Source: Bacillota bacterium
GTDB taxonomy: Bacteria; Bacillota; Clostridia; Oscillospirales; Oscillospiraceae
Reading direction: 5' to 3'
Length of the DNA stretch: 64,000 nucleotides
Assembly: GCA_022784505.1 (NCBI GenBank)
Contig: JALFUQ010000056.1
Span: forward strand, 1,799 to 65,798
Each line of letters begins with the position of its first letter. The stretch's first letter is position 1. Both the position numbers and the translations under genes were made by a program. The notes beneath the pieces are model-generated. The model saw only the letters and a program-made list of their open reading frames with translations. It did not search any database and was not told the origin of the DNA. Below are positions 38,457 through 50,636 of the stretch, piece after piece.

Positions 38457-39740
38457 TTGGATAATTTATTCGATTCACCACTGGTCGGCTCCTGTATATT
38501 CGGCCAGTCCGGCGGGCCTACCGCGGTTATAAATGCCAGCGCATACGGTGTTATCAAAACGGCTCTCGAGTCCGATGCGATAACCAAGGTCTACGGTGCT
38601 GCCCACGGAATTAAAGGCGTTCTTAATGATGAGCTTTTTGATATGGGCGAGGAAGAGGATTATGAGCTTAAGCTGCTGCTTAACACTCCCTCCTCCGAGC
38701 TTGGCTCATGCAGATATAAGATTGCCGACCCCGATGAGGATGAGTCTGATTATATAAAGATACTGGAGACATTTAAGAAATATAATGTAAGGTACTTTTT
38801 CTATAACGGCGGCAATGACTCCATGGATACATGCAATAAGATCAGCCGCTATATGGAGCGTGTCAGCTATGAGTGCCGTGTCATTGGTATACCCAAGACA
38901 ATCGACAACGACCTGTTCGGCACTGACCACTGTCCCGGCTTCGGCAGCGCCGCGAAGTTTATTGCGACGACATGCATGGAGATTGACAAGGACACCGATG
39001 TTTATGACACCGAGATGGTGACGGTTGTTGAAATCATGGGCAGGCACGCCGGCTGGCTCACGGCAAGCGCTGCACTGGCCACGGAATACGGCCACGGCTG
39101 CGGCCCCGACCTCATTTATCTTCCCGAGCGTGATTTTGACCTTGACCGGTTCACAGAGGATATCCGCAAGGTTTTAAAGCAGAAGCACAATGTCCTAGTT
39201 GCCGTATCCGAGGGTGTTCACTATGCCGATGGAAGCTTCGTCTCCGAGGCCAAGACATCCGGCACAGACGGCTTCGGCCATGCCCAGCTCGGCGGACTTG
39301 CGGCCAAGCTTGCAGGCTACCTCAAGGATACGCTTAAGATAAAGAAGACCCGCGGTATTGAGCTCAGCCTTTTGCAGCGCTGCGGCTCGCATATCGCGTC
39401 ATCTGTCGATATTCAGGAAGCCTTTATGGTCGGTAAGGCAGCAGTTGAGGCGGCAATTGCCGGTGAAACAGGCAAAATGGTCGCTCTTGAGCGTGACGAC
39501 ACGAGCGGTACATACTCCTGCCACACTACCCTGCTCTCACTCAGCAGTGTTGCAAACTACGAGAAGAAAGTCCCGCTTGAGTGGATAACCGACGACGGCA
39601 ATTATATCACATCTGATTTTATTAATTATGTTCTTCCTTTAATACAGGGTGAGCCTCATGTCCCCAAAGAAAACTCTCTGCCCAGATACGCAAGGCTCAA
39701 AAAGGTCAGAGCAAAACCCGAGGAAACAATTTGCGTCTAA
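38457..39740 (+). CDS. pfp: 6-phosphofructokinase, PPi-dependent type
   Basis: GGNDSMDT (Asp where ATP-PFKs have GGDGS Gly), PKTIDND (Lys where ATP-PFKs have Gly) and MGRHAGWL. TTG start lies 7 nt after GGAGG. Confidence 0.75.
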   Translation: MDNLFDSPLVGSCIFGQSGGPTAVINASAYGVIKTALESDAITKVYGAAHGIKGVLNDELFDMGEEEDYELKLLLNTPSSELGSCRYKIADPDEDESDYIKILETFKKYNVRYFFYNGGNDSMDTCNKISRYMERVSYECRVIGIPKTIDNDLFGTDHCPGFGSAAKFIATTCMEIDKDTDVYDTEMVTVVEIMGRHAGWLTASAALATEYGHGCGPDLIYLPERDFDLDRFTEDIRKVLKQKHNVLVAVSEGVHYADGSFVSEAKTSGTDGFGHAQLGGLAAKLAGYLKDTLKIKKTRGIELSLLQRCGSHIASSVDIQEAFMVGKAAVEAAIAGETGKMVALERDDTSGTYSCHTTLLSLSSVANYEKKVPLEWITDDGNYITSDFINYVLPLIQGEPHVPKENSLPRYARLKKVRAKPEETICV

Positions 39741-39776
39741 CTCAGGTTTTAATAGAAAAGAATTAGGAGGAATTTT

Positions 39777-41018
39777 ATGCAGCAAGAGCGTAAACTCAAT
39801 CTGCCGGCATGGATAATCATCGGCATGCTCGCAGGCATCTTAGTCGGCTTCATTTTTCTGAAGATCGGCGGAACATTCACTACCGATTACCTAAAGCCCT
39901 TCGGTACTATCTACATCAATCTTCTTAAGTTTATGGTCGTCCCCGTCGTTCTGTTCTCTATCATGAGCGGCGTCATCAGCCTTAACGACCTTAAAAAAGT
40001 CGGCAGTGTAGGTATAAAAACCTTTATTTACTACATCTGCACCACGGCACTTGCTGTTGTTATCGGCCTTGTAGTCGTTAACTGCTTCAAGGGCTTCTTT
40101 CCTGTTCTCGACTCGAGCGTAACAGCCGGCCTTGAATACGAGGCTGCCGAGGCTCCCAAGATCATGGATGTTATCGTTAATATCTTCCCCGATAACCTTC
40201 TCAAGCCTATGGTCGACACCAACATGCTGCCCGTTATCGTCATCGCCATCTTCTTCGGTGCAGGCGTTCTTGCTGCCGGCGAAAAGGGCAAAATGATCGC
40301 TAACCTCGTAGAGAGCATGGATGAAGTCGTCATGAAGGTCCTCATGATGATCATAAAGCTCACCCCGATCGGCGTATTCTGCCTCATGGCTGATGTTGTC
40401 GCTGTTAACGGTGCGAAGGTCGTCGGCTCGCTGGCTCTCGTCGTCGGCGTTGCCTATATAGGCTACATTCTCCACCTCGTCATTGTTTACAGTCTGGGTG
40501 TTAAGTTCCTTGCAGGCATGAGTCCCATCCGGTTCTTCAAGGGCATGGCCGCCGCAATGCTCACTGCCTTCACCACCACGTCGTCGAATGCAACACTGCC
40601 CATCAACATCGAGTGCTGCAATGACATGGGTGCTGAGCCTGAGATCAGTTCCTTCGTTCTGCCTCTCGGCGCTACCATCAACATGGACGGTACCGCCATC
40701 TATCAGGCAGTTGCGACCGTATTTATCGCCTGTTGCTACGGTATTGACCTCACCATCGGCCAGATGGCAATGGTAGTCGTGACCGCAACTCTGGCTTCCA
40801 TCGGCACTGCCGGTGTCTCCGGCGCAGGCATGATCATGCTGTCCATGGTCCTTCTGCAGGTCGGCCTTCCCGTTGAGGGTATTGCGATCATTGCCGGCGT
40901 TGATAAGCTGTTCGACATGGGTCGTACGACTCTCAACATCACCGGCGACGCTACCTGCGCAATGTGGCTTTCCAAGGTTGAGCGCAGAAACAAGGAAAAG
41001 CTCGCAGCTAAGCAATAA
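39777..41018 (+). CDS. dicarboxylate/amino acid:cation symporter (DAACS family)
   Basis: Polytopic protein with SSNATLP and the typical GATINMDGTA..NITGDA family motifs. Confidence 0.85.
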   Translation: MQQERKLNLPAWIIIGMLAGILVGFIFLKIGGTFTTDYLKPFGTIYINLLKFMVVPVVLFSIMSGVISLNDLKKVGSVGIKTFIYYICTTALAVVIGLVVVNCFKGFFPVLDSSVTAGLEYEAAEAPKIMDVIVNIFPDNLLKPMVDTNMLPVIVIAIFFGAGVLAAGEKGKMIANLVESMDEVVMKVLMMIIKLTPIGVFCLMADVVAVNGAKVVGSLALVVGVAYIGYILHLVIVYSLGVKFLAGMSPIRFFKGMAAAMLTAFTTTSSNATLPINIECCNDMGAEPEISSFVLPLGATINMDGTAIYQAVATVFIACCYGIDLTIGQMAMVVVTATLASIGTAGVSGAGMIMLSMVLLQVGLPVEGIAIIAGVDKLFDMGRTTLNITGDATCAMWLSKVERRNKEKLAAKQ

Positions 41019-41029
41019 GCTGTCTAACG

Positions 41030-41068
41030 AAAAACAGTTCCCCGTTTTATACGAGGAACTGTTTTTTT
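41030..41068. terminator. bidirectional terminator
   Basis: AAAAACAGTTCCCCG ... CGAGGAACTGTTTTTTT lies between convergent genes. Confidence 0.7.
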
Positions 41069-41660
41069 AATCAAATGCCGGGTTTACGGCGTAAAAATTC
41101 TTTTTATCAAGCTTTTCAAGGGCATTTCGCAATCCCTCACCAAAGCGCTGATAGTGGACTACTTCCCTTTCACGCAAGAATTTAATGACATCATTGACAT
41201 CAGGATCGTCAGACAGCCGCAGGATATTATCATATGTCGTGCGCGCCTTTTGCTCGGCCGCCATATCCTCGTGAAGATCTGTTATGACATCACCGTTCGC
41301 CTGCATCGTCGCTGCCGTCCATGGTGTACCGGAGGCGAACTGAGGGTAAACTCCGGCGGTGTGATCTACGAAGTAGGTCTCAAAGCCTGCTTTTTTAATT
41401 TCCTCCGGTGTCATCTTTCTTGTCAGCTGATGAACTATCGCTCCGACCATCTCAAGATGCCCAAGCTCCTCCGTGCCAATGTCTGTGAGCAGCCCCTTAA
41501 GCTCGGGATACGGCATACTGTATCGCTGGCTGAGATATCTCAGCGATGCGCCGAGCTCACCATCAGGGCCGCCATACTGACTAATGATAAATTTCGCCAG
41601 CGCTGGATTGGGATTTTTTATTCTTACGGGATATTGCAGCTTCTTTTCATATACAAACAT
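41067..41660 (-). CDS. cotJC: spore coat protein CotJC (manganese catalase family)
   Basis: MFVYEKKLQYPV...QYGGPDGELGASLRYLSQRY and EELGHLEMV motifs. Confidence 0.85.
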   Translation of the reverse strand: MFVYEKKLQYPVRIKNPNPALAKFIISQYGGPDGELGASLRYLSQRYSMPYPELKGLLTDIGTEELGHLEMVGAIVHQLTRKMTPEEIKKAGFETYFVDHTAGVYPQFASGTPWTAATMQANGDVITDLHEDMAAEQKARTTYDNILRLSDDPDVNDVIKFLREREVVHYQRFGEGLRNALEKLDKKNFYAVNPAFD

Positions 41661-41663
41661 TTA

Positions 41664-42101
41664 TCAGCCCTCCAGTTTTGCTGTATAGTCCCACGGCCAA
41701 GGATTCTTGAGCCAGGTAAAGCTCTGCGCTTTCGCGAGCTCCATAGTAGTAACAGGGCCGTAAAGCTTGATATAGCGCTCTCGGGCTGTGTTTGCGAGCT
41801 CCAAAATGTTCTTGAGCATATCAAAGGCTTCACTGTCCTCACTATGTGTGTCAAGGTACAAAACCAGCTCATGCGCAACAAAATCGAGCGCCATCAGCTC
41901 ACCGAGCGGCGTTCCGGTGAGGTCGCCGGTGTTGACCATGTTCATAAACGGCAAGTCAAGTCCCGGGAAAAGCGTGCCTCTTGAGAGGGCTTCGGCTGTA
42001 TTATATGTCGGCTTAACACATTCCTGCATCGGCACATAGGCCATTGCCAGCGGCGCGCAGGACGGCAAGGAGCCGCTCTTAAAATTGCATTTATTATCCA
42101 C
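41664..42101 (-). CDS. CotJA-CotJB fusion protein
   Basis: The N-half LAMAYVPMQ...ALSRGTLFPGLDLPF is CotJA-like. The C-half ALDFVAHELVLYLDTH...YGPV...NPWPW is CotJB-like. GTG start lies 9 nt after GGAGG. Confidence 0.7.
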   Translation of the reverse strand: MDNKCNFKSGSLPSCAPLAMAYVPMQECVKPTYNTAEALSRGTLFPGLDLPFMNMVNTGDLTGTPLGELMALDFVAHELVLYLDTHSEDSEAFDMLKNILELANTARERYIKLYGPVTTMELAKAQSFTWLKNPWPWDYTAKLEG

Positions 42102-42152
42102 TTATCGTATCCTCCTTCGTGCTTCATTATATGATGGAGGGCAAAATAAGTG

Positions 42153-42178
42153 AAAGCCCATCAAACGATGGGCTTTTT
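42153..42178. terminator. terminator after ligA (bidirectional form)
   Basis: AAAGCCCATC-AAAC-GATGGGCTTT with flanking A/T runs. Confidence 0.7.
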
Positions 42179-42179
42179 G

Positions 42180-44821
<2,642 letters not shown>

Positions 44822-44851
44822 AAGACCACCCCATGTATTATATGCCCAAAA

Positions 44852-46102
44852 TCACTCCAGCATTTCATTGACCGCCATCATTATGCCAAGTTTGCCGGAT
44901 TCGTAAGTAATGCCGCCCTGCATGTAGGCGATATACGGCTCCTTCATAGGTCCATCGGCAGACAGCTCAATAGATGAGCCCTGAACGAACGCGCCCGCAG
45001 CCATTATGACAGGGCAGTTATACCCCGGCATCTGCCAGGGCTCAGGCGTGACATACGAGTCAACCGGTGCGCCGCTTTGTATGCCTTTGCAGAATTTTTT
45101 CATATTATCAGCGGTTTTGAGTGTCACCATCTGGATAATGTCGCTTCTTACCTCATCGGGAGCGGGCGATGTCTCGAAACCGATCTTACTCATCATTGCA
45201 GAGCAGAAGGTCGCGGTCTTGAGCGCCTGTGCAACAATGTGCGGTGCCATGAATAGGCCCTGGAACAAGAGCCTATTATTTCCGAGCGTTGCACCGCATT
45301 CGCCGCCGATTCCCGGGGTCGTAAGGCGCATTGCAGCCCTTTCTACAAGATCTGCCTTGCCGACAACATATCCGCCGGTAGGGGCTAATCCGCCGCCCGG
45401 GTTTTTGATGAGCGACCCAGCCATAAGATCAACACCGTACTCCGTCGGCTCGTGCTCGCCGGTAAACTCACCGTAGCAGTTGTCGACCATTACATTTATG
45501 CTGGGGTCAACTTCTTTTACAGCACGGGTCATCTCGCCGATCTGCTCTGCGGAAAAGGCCGGTCTGTCGCCGTAACCGCGGGAGCGCTGGATGAGGACTG
45601 CTGTTACGCTTTTATCGGCTACCGCCTTTTTTATGGCCTCAATATTGGGAGTACCGTCGGCTTTAAGGTCAACCTGTGCATAGTTTATGCCGTAAAACTT
45701 AAGGGAACCGTGGCAGTCGCCCTCGATGCCGATAGCATTTCTAAGCGTATCGTACGGAAGCCCCGTTGCCGAAAGCAGCGTATCGCCGGGCTTGAGCATG
45801 GCAAATAGCGCCGTTGAAAGCGCATGCGTACCATTAACAAAGCCGATGCGGACAAGTGCCGCCTCCGTGCAGAATATCTGCGCATAGACCTTATCGAGCA
45901 CTTCCCTGCCGACATCATCGTAGCCGTAGCCGGTCGTTCCGGCAAAGCAGGAGTCGGAAACTTTGTTGTCCTGGAACGCCTGCATGACCTTGAGCGTGTT
46001 TTGCTGCGCAATGCGGTCAATTCTCTCAAACTGCGGCCTTATCTCGTTTTCCGCCTCTTGCGCAAGTGAGAACACCTGCGGCTTCATATCACTGAATTTC
46101 AT
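44852..46102 (-). CDS. methionine gamma-lyase family PLP protein (YnbB-like)
   Basis: The GTTGYGYDDVGREVLDKVYA motif is characteristic of the YnbB / aluminium-resistance family. Confidence 0.8.
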   Translation of the reverse strand: MKFSDMKPQVFSLAQEAENEIRPQFERIDRIAQQNTLKVMQAFQDNKVSDSCFAGTTGYGYDDVGREVLDKVYAQIFCTEAALVRIGFVNGTHALSTALFAMLKPGDTLLSATGLPYDTLRNAIGIEGDCHGSLKFYGINYAQVDLKADGTPNIEAIKKAVADKSVTAVLIQRSRGYGDRPAFSAEQIGEMTRAVKEVDPSINVMVDNCYGEFTGEHEPTEYGVDLMAGSLIKNPGGGLAPTGGYVVGKADLVERAAMRLTTPGIGGECGATLGNNRLLFQGLFMAPHIVAQALKTATFCSAMMSKIGFETSPAPDEVRSDIIQMVTLKTADNMKKFCKGIQSGAPVDSYVTPEPWQMPGYNCPVIMAAGAFVQGSSIELSADGPMKEPYIAYMQGGITYESGKLGIMMAVNEMLE

Positions 46103-46103
46103 A

Positions 46104-47480
46104 TCAAAGCTCCATAATTATCTGCTTAAAGTATTTTCCGCGCTCCATAAAGTTTTTGAACTTATCGAACGCCGCACATGCTGGGGACAAGAGGACGATA
46201 TCGCCCGCTTGCGCATAGTCGGCAGCGGACAAAACAGCCTGCTTAAAATCGTCAATGGTGACCATTTTAAAGTCTTCGGTGTAGTACTTCGAGGCTTTAA
46301 CAGCCTGTTCTATCTTCTCAGAGGTCGCACCCGTGAGAAAGAGCGCTTTTGTGTGCAAGCAAATTTCATCACCAAGCGAGTCAAAGGGTATATGCTTATC
46401 GTAACCGCCTGCAATTAGGATTGGCTTCGTTTTCAAAGCGTGAAGCCCTGCGGCTGTGCGGCTGGGGCTTGTGCCGATGGAGTCATTTATATAGGTTACG
46501 CCGTCTTTTACGCGCACCTGCTCCAAGCGATGCTCAACGCCTGAAAATTCCTTTGCAACCTTGATGCAAGTCTCATCGGAAACGAGCCCGTCAGTTGCGG
46601 CAAAGGCGGCCATGTAATTTTCAAGATTATGCGTACCGGGGAGCTTAATGTCATCGGCGTGCATGAGCTGCGCCCGAACGCCATCGTGGACACGGCAGAC
46701 TATGCCGTCTTCGCAGTAAACGCCGTTTTCGGGCATCTTCACTCTGCTGAAATACATAATAGCCGACTTCACCATGCCCGCATAGTAAGACGAATACTCA
46801 TTTTCGCTGTTTAAAACCAGCCTGTCAGTGCTGTCTTGACGGGTGAAGATTGAGCTTTTTGCATCTATGTAATCCCGATAATCCTTGTGCTTATCGAGAT
46901 GATTGGGTGAAATGTTCGTAATGACCGCAACGTTTGGCTTACAGACCATGCTGTGCAGCTGGAACGAACTAAGCTCAAGTACTGCAAAGTCCTCCGGCTT
47001 CATACTGTCAACCTCACAGAGCAGCGGGTGACCTATATTGCCACCAAGATGGACTGTATAACCCTGTGCTTTTAACAACTCAGAAATTATCGTCGTCGTC
47101 GTGGTCTTGCCGTCGCTGCCGGTGACCGCAATTATCCTGCACGGGCAAAGCTTAAAGAACACCTCCATTTCCGAGGTGACGACAGCGCCGTTTGCGACAG
47201 CTTTGGTCAGGTGCTCGTCAAACGGCATCAAGCCCGGGGTGCGGAAAATGATATCGTAGTTGAGGTTCTCAAGATAGCTGTCGCCGAGAGAAAACTTTGC
47301 TCCGAGCGATAGAAGCCGCAAATAGTCCTCACCAAGCTGCTCTATGCTGCGCTTATCGCAGGCAGTCACATCGCAGCCTGCTTTTAGCAGCTTTTCTATA
47401 AGCGGCTTATTGCTCACGCCTATGCCGATGACGCAAACACGCTTATCTTTGATAGAGCTTATATAATCATTCATAGTCAT
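46104..47480 (-). CDS. murD: UDP-N-acetylmuramoylalanine--D-glutamate ligase
   Basis: GIGVSN Rossmann motif, GSDGKTTT P-loop and DSIGTSP. ATG at 47480 lies 7 nt after GGAGGG. Confidence 0.9.
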   Translation of the reverse strand: MTMNDYISSIKDKRVCVIGIGVSNKPLIEKLLKAGCDVTACDKRSIEQLGEDYLRLLSLGAKFSLGDSYLENLNYDIIFRTPGLMPFDEHLTKAVANGAVVTSEMEVFFKLCPCRIIAVTGSDGKTTTTTIISELLKAQGYTVHLGGNIGHPLLCEVDSMKPEDFAVLELSSFQLHSMVCKPNVAVITNISPNHLDKHKDYRDYIDAKSSIFTRQDSTDRLVLNSENEYSSYYAGMVKSAIMYFSRVKMPENGVYCEDGIVCRVHDGVRAQLMHADDIKLPGTHNLENYMAAFAATDGLVSDETCIKVAKEFSGVEHRLEQVRVKDGVTYINDSIGTSPSRTAAGLHALKTKPILIAGGYDKHIPFDSLGDEICLHTKALFLTGATSEKIEQAVKASKYYTEDFKMVTIDDFKQAVLSAADYAQAGDIVLLSPACAAFDKFKNFMERGKYFKQIIMEL

Positions 47481-47543
47481 GTTATAACCCTCCAAATCTT
47501 TATTATTATAAGGCCAACGGCGTATAAAAACAAGAAATTTCTA

Positions 47544-47572
47544 TTGACTTGTGCCGCTTTCGTGTTTAAAAT
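47544..47572 (+). promoter_or_regulatory. sigma-A promoter of rnpB
   Basis: TTGACT-N17-TAAAAT ends about 6 nt before the P1 helix. Confidence 0.6.
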
Positions 47573-47577
47573 AACCA

Positions 47578-47922
47578 CTTGAGTGGGCCGAACGACCGCG
47601 GGCACATTTTGAAAAAAAGTGCGTGAGGAAAGTCCGGGCTCCATAGGGCAAGGATAACGGGTAACGCCCGCCAGGGGTGACCCTCGGACAAGTGCAACAG
47701 AAATATACCGCCGAGCTTACTCGGTAAGGGTGGAAAAGTGAGGTAAGAGCTCACTCGCCGGTCGGAGACGATGCGGTGCTGTAAACTCTATCCGGAGCAA
47801 CACCGTGGGAGGACATGTGATCTGCCCGATCGTCCTCAGGAGGTGGCTGAAGCCTGTCGGCAACGGCAGGATTAGATAGATGGTCGTTTAAGACAGAACC
47901 CGGCTTACAGACCCACTCGCCA
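47578..47922 (+). ncRNA. rnpB: RNase P RNA, bacterial class A
   Basis: GAGGAAAGTCCGGGCTCCATAGGGCA, AGTGCAACAGAAA, GGTAAGGGTG.AAA.GTG.GGTAAGAGC, GTAAACTC..CCGGAGCAA and ACAGAACCCGGCTTA blocks. P1 pairs GAGTGGG with CCCACTC and P2 pairs GAACGACC with GGTCGTTT. Confidence 0.9.
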
Positions 47923-47926
47923 AAAG

Positions 47927-47952
47927 AAAAACCGCCATAGGCGGTTTTTTTC
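47927..47952. terminator. bidirectional terminator shared by rnpB and pepD
   Basis: AAAAACCGCC-ATA-GGCGGTTTTTTT. Confidence 0.8.
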
Positions 47953-47955
47953 TTT

Positions 47956-49398
47956 TTATAAGCTTTGCAGAAGCTTCAAAAGGAACTCCCATACACGCTG
48001 CGTTGAAGCTACATCAAGCTTTTCATTTGTTGTATGGATATCGGGGATATTAGGGCCGAATGATATGCAGTCAAGATCCTTTATCTTATCCGCAAAAAGG
48101 CCGCACTCAAGTCCGGCGTGGATAACATCAAGCTTGGGCTTTGTGGCGTACAGGCTTTCATATGCTGCAATGGCTTTTTCGCGCAAAACGGAGTCTTTTT
48201 TGTACTCCCATGCTGGATATTCGCCCCCAACTGTCACCGTCCCGCCGTTTAATGTGATAATTTCGCTTAGCTTGCTCTGCATTTTGGCCATTTCGTCGGT
48301 AGCTGAGCTTCTGAGGCAAAAGCTAAGTGAGATCGTGTCACCCTCAGTTGTTGCAACGCCGAGGTTGAGTGAGGACTCAACAAGCCCTTCAATATCAGGG
48401 CTCATAGTCTGCACACCGTCAGGCACTGTGGACAATGCCGTAATGATGTTTCCGCTCGTTTTCACATCCACAGCGCTTACATTTGTTTTTCCAATCTCGG
48501 TAACGCTTATATCCATCTCAGGATCAGTGCTGCTGTACTTTTCGTAAGAACATTTTGCAAACGACAAAACAGCATCAAGGACGACATTGCGGTCAGCTTC
48601 GTCAAAAGCGATCGTGCATGAGCTTGCGTTTGCAATTGCGTTATCTTTTTCGCCTCCGTTTATAGAAACAAGCCTGAGTGCTGTCTTGGCGTTAATCTCG
48701 CCAAGCAGTTTGCCCATCAGGATATTGGAATTTGCTCGGTTTTTATGTATCTCATTACCCGAGTGACCCCCGATAAGGCCAGATATATTCAGCTCAGTGC
48801 AGTACAATTCCTCGGTATTCGAGTTCAGTGGGAATTGCGCAAGCACGTGCGCGCCACCAGCACAGCCGCAGGTGATAACGCCTTCAACCTCGGAGTCAAT
48901 GTTGAGCATGGTCTTGCCGTCTAGCTTGGATGCGTCAAGAAACTGAGCGCCGTCCATGCCGGTTTCCTCGTTTATGGTGAAAACAGCCTCTATGGGCGGG
49001 TGCTTGATGGCGTCCGAATCGAGAACGGCAAGCACCATTGCAACGGCTATACCGTCATCTGCGCCAAGGCTCGTTCCCTCTGCCCAAAGGTACTTGCCGT
49101 CAGTCTTGAGGTCAAGTCCATCCTTTTCGAGGTCTTTCAAACAGTCAGCAGTCTTGACTGTAACCATGTCAAGATGACCCTGGAGAATGACCGGCTCATC
49201 CGATTCATAGCCGCATGAGGCGTTTTTATATATAATTACATTGCCAAGCTTATCGCAGTAATACTCAAGCCCTCTCTGCCTTGCAAACTTGCAGCAAAGC
49301 TCGGTTATCTGCGCTGTGTTATCCGAGCCGTGCGGCACGGAGGCTATAAGCTTGAAAAAATCAAATACTTTCTTAGGTTCAATATTCAGTGCTGACAT
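47956..49398 (-). CDS. pepD: aminoacyl-histidine (Xaa-His) dipeptidase, M20C
   Basis: IASVPHGS, LQGHLDMV, GTSLGADDGI and INEETGMDGA motifs. Confidence 0.85.
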   Translation of the reverse strand: MSALNIEPKKVFDFFKLIASVPHGSDNTAQITELCCKFARQRGLEYYCDKLGNVIIYKNASCGYESDEPVILQGHLDMVTVKTADCLKDLEKDGLDLKTDGKYLWAEGTSLGADDGIAVAMVLAVLDSDAIKHPPIEAVFTINEETGMDGAQFLDASKLDGKTMLNIDSEVEGVITCGCAGGAHVLAQFPLNSNTEELYCTELNISGLIGGHSGNEIHKNRANSNILMGKLLGEINAKTALRLVSINGGEKDNAIANASSCTIAFDEADRNVVLDAVLSFAKCSYEKYSSTDPEMDISVTEIGKTNVSAVDVKTSGNIITALSTVPDGVQTMSPDIEGLVESSLNLGVATTEGDTISLSFCLRSSATDEMAKMQSKLSEIITLNGGTVTVGGEYPAWEYKKDSVLREKAIAAYESLYATKPKLDVIHAGLECGLFADKIKDLDCISFGPNIPDIHTTNEKLDVASTQRVWEFLLKLLQSL

Positions 49399-49401
49399 AA
49401 T

Positions 49402-49734
49402 TTACTCCCATTTTGCCCATATATCAGGCATATAGCCCACCGTCGCCTGCTTGCCGTTTCTGACGATCGGCGTTTTTATGAGCCACGGACATTCAAAGAG
49501 CTTATCTAATTTAGCATCATTAGACGCAAGATATTGTATCATCGGGTAATCTACATCGGCAGTGTTTATCAAAGCCTCGAGTCCAACGGCATTTTTGACG
49601 GAGTTCAGTTCTCCCCTGCTCATGCCGTATCTGTTAATGTCGACGAACTGATACTTTATGCGCCGCTCTTTGAAATATCGCTCGGCTTTCTTTGTGTCAA
49701 AGCATTTGCTTTTGCCGAATATTTGAATATTCAC
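49402..49734 (-). CDS. ArsC/Spx/YffB-family thioredoxin-fold protein
   Basis: The N-terminus IQIFGKSKCFDTKKAERYF and the C-terminal LIKTPIVRNG are family-typical. There is a single N-terminal Cys. Confidence 0.65.
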   Translation of the reverse strand: MNIQIFGKSKCFDTKKAERYFKERRIKYQFVDINRYGMSRGELNSVKNAVGLEALINTADVDYPMIQYLASNDAKLDKLFECPWLIKTPIVRNGKQATVGYMPDIWAKWE

Positions 49735-50636
49735 AGCATTTTCCCCATTATATCATAAAGATTATCCCAAAACAGAGCCCTGACGAGTGTTTCGGGGTAG
49801 TTTTGCTTTAATAGCTCGTTATAAAGCTTATCAAGCTCCTGCACACCGCCAAGCTCATTTGGTGTGCATTCTATGCCGTCAAAATCACAGCCTAAGAAAA
49901 CAGCCTTCTCCCCACCGAGTGACAGAAAATGCTCTATATGAGCAATGACAGCTTTGATATCTCTGCCTAATCCGAGAAATTCGGGATACAGATTTATTCC
50001 CGCACCGCCACCGATGAGGATAAGCGCTTTAAACTGCTCATCGGTTAGATTTCTCCGAACGTCACATACAGCCTTAGCATTGGAATGCCCTGCAATTACG
50101 GGCTTTTCGCACACCTCAAGCGTATCCCAAAAGCCGCGCTCGGATATATGAGACATATCCAAGGCAAACCCCATGCTTTGTGCCTTTACAGCAAAGGCTC
50201 TGCCCTTTTCGGTCAGCCCTCTGTTGCTTCCCACGGCAGCACAGCAGAGCTCGTTATCAAAATTCCACGTAGGATGAAGGATTCTGACCCCGTTGTCGTA
50301 TGCACTTTCAAGCGAGCTTATCTGCTCGCAACCCTCAATTGATATGAGAGCCGCAATTTTGCCGAGATCGGCAGCTTTCTTGATATCATGAAAATTCAGA
50401 CATAGCATAACTATGTCCGAATTTTCCTCTATCTGTCTGTTTAAGCGGCGGAGCATTGCCTCGGCTTTTTCAATCGAATGTTCATTTGTTTCAGTGCACA
50501 CGGCAAACACCTGAGAGCACGGGGCAAATTTGCGAAGTCTTTCCAAATCCGTGTGAAAGCCGTTTTTGCGCAGGCTTCCGCCCTCGTTCATTACCCTTGA
50601 AATCGTATCACAGTGACAGTCAAAAAACGGTATCAT
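49731..50636 (-). CDS. membrane (M19) dipeptidase family protein
   Basis: FDCHCDT N-terminus, AGHSN and GCDFDG motifs. It has 4-nt overlaps with both neighbouring genes. Confidence 0.8.
   Translation of the reverse strand: MIPFFDCHCDTISRVMNEGGSLRKNGFHTDLERLRKFAPCSQVFAVCTETNEHSIEKAEAMLRRLNRQIEENSDIVMLCLNFHDIKKAADLGKIAALISIEGCEQISSLESAYDNGVRILHPTWNFDNELCCAAVGSNRGLTEKGRAFAVKAQSMGFALDMSHISERGFWDTLEVCEKPVIAGHSNAKAVCDVRRNLTDEQFKALILIGGGAGINLYPEFLGLGRDIKAVIAHIEHFLSLGGEKAVFLGCDFDGIECTPNELGGVQELDKLYNELLKQNYPETLVRALFWDNLYDIMGKML

Noticed and set aside
39891-41015. 374-aa ORF antisense to the DAACS symporter. Similar long antisense ORFs occur at 351-1154, 14715-15656, 20098-20931, 42468-43802, 53970-54920, 54758-55504 and 62227-63003.
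   Set aside because: Each lies entirely opposite a gene with strong family motifs. Their translations are low-complexity (Arg/Ala/Gly/His-rich) with no recognisable motifs or RBS. Stop-poor antisense frames are expected opposite codon-biased genes at about 50% GC or above.
42102-42150. SigE-type promoter for cotJ (CATATAAT box on the minus strand). A similar box lies upstream of yunB at about 44830.
   Set aside because: The -10-like boxes are present. However, no -35 element matching the GAATAw spacing seen at 13016 and 28835 is found, so they are too weak to call as features.
47566-47754. 62-aa minus-strand ORF.
   Set aside because: It lies inside the RNase P RNA gene and is spurious.
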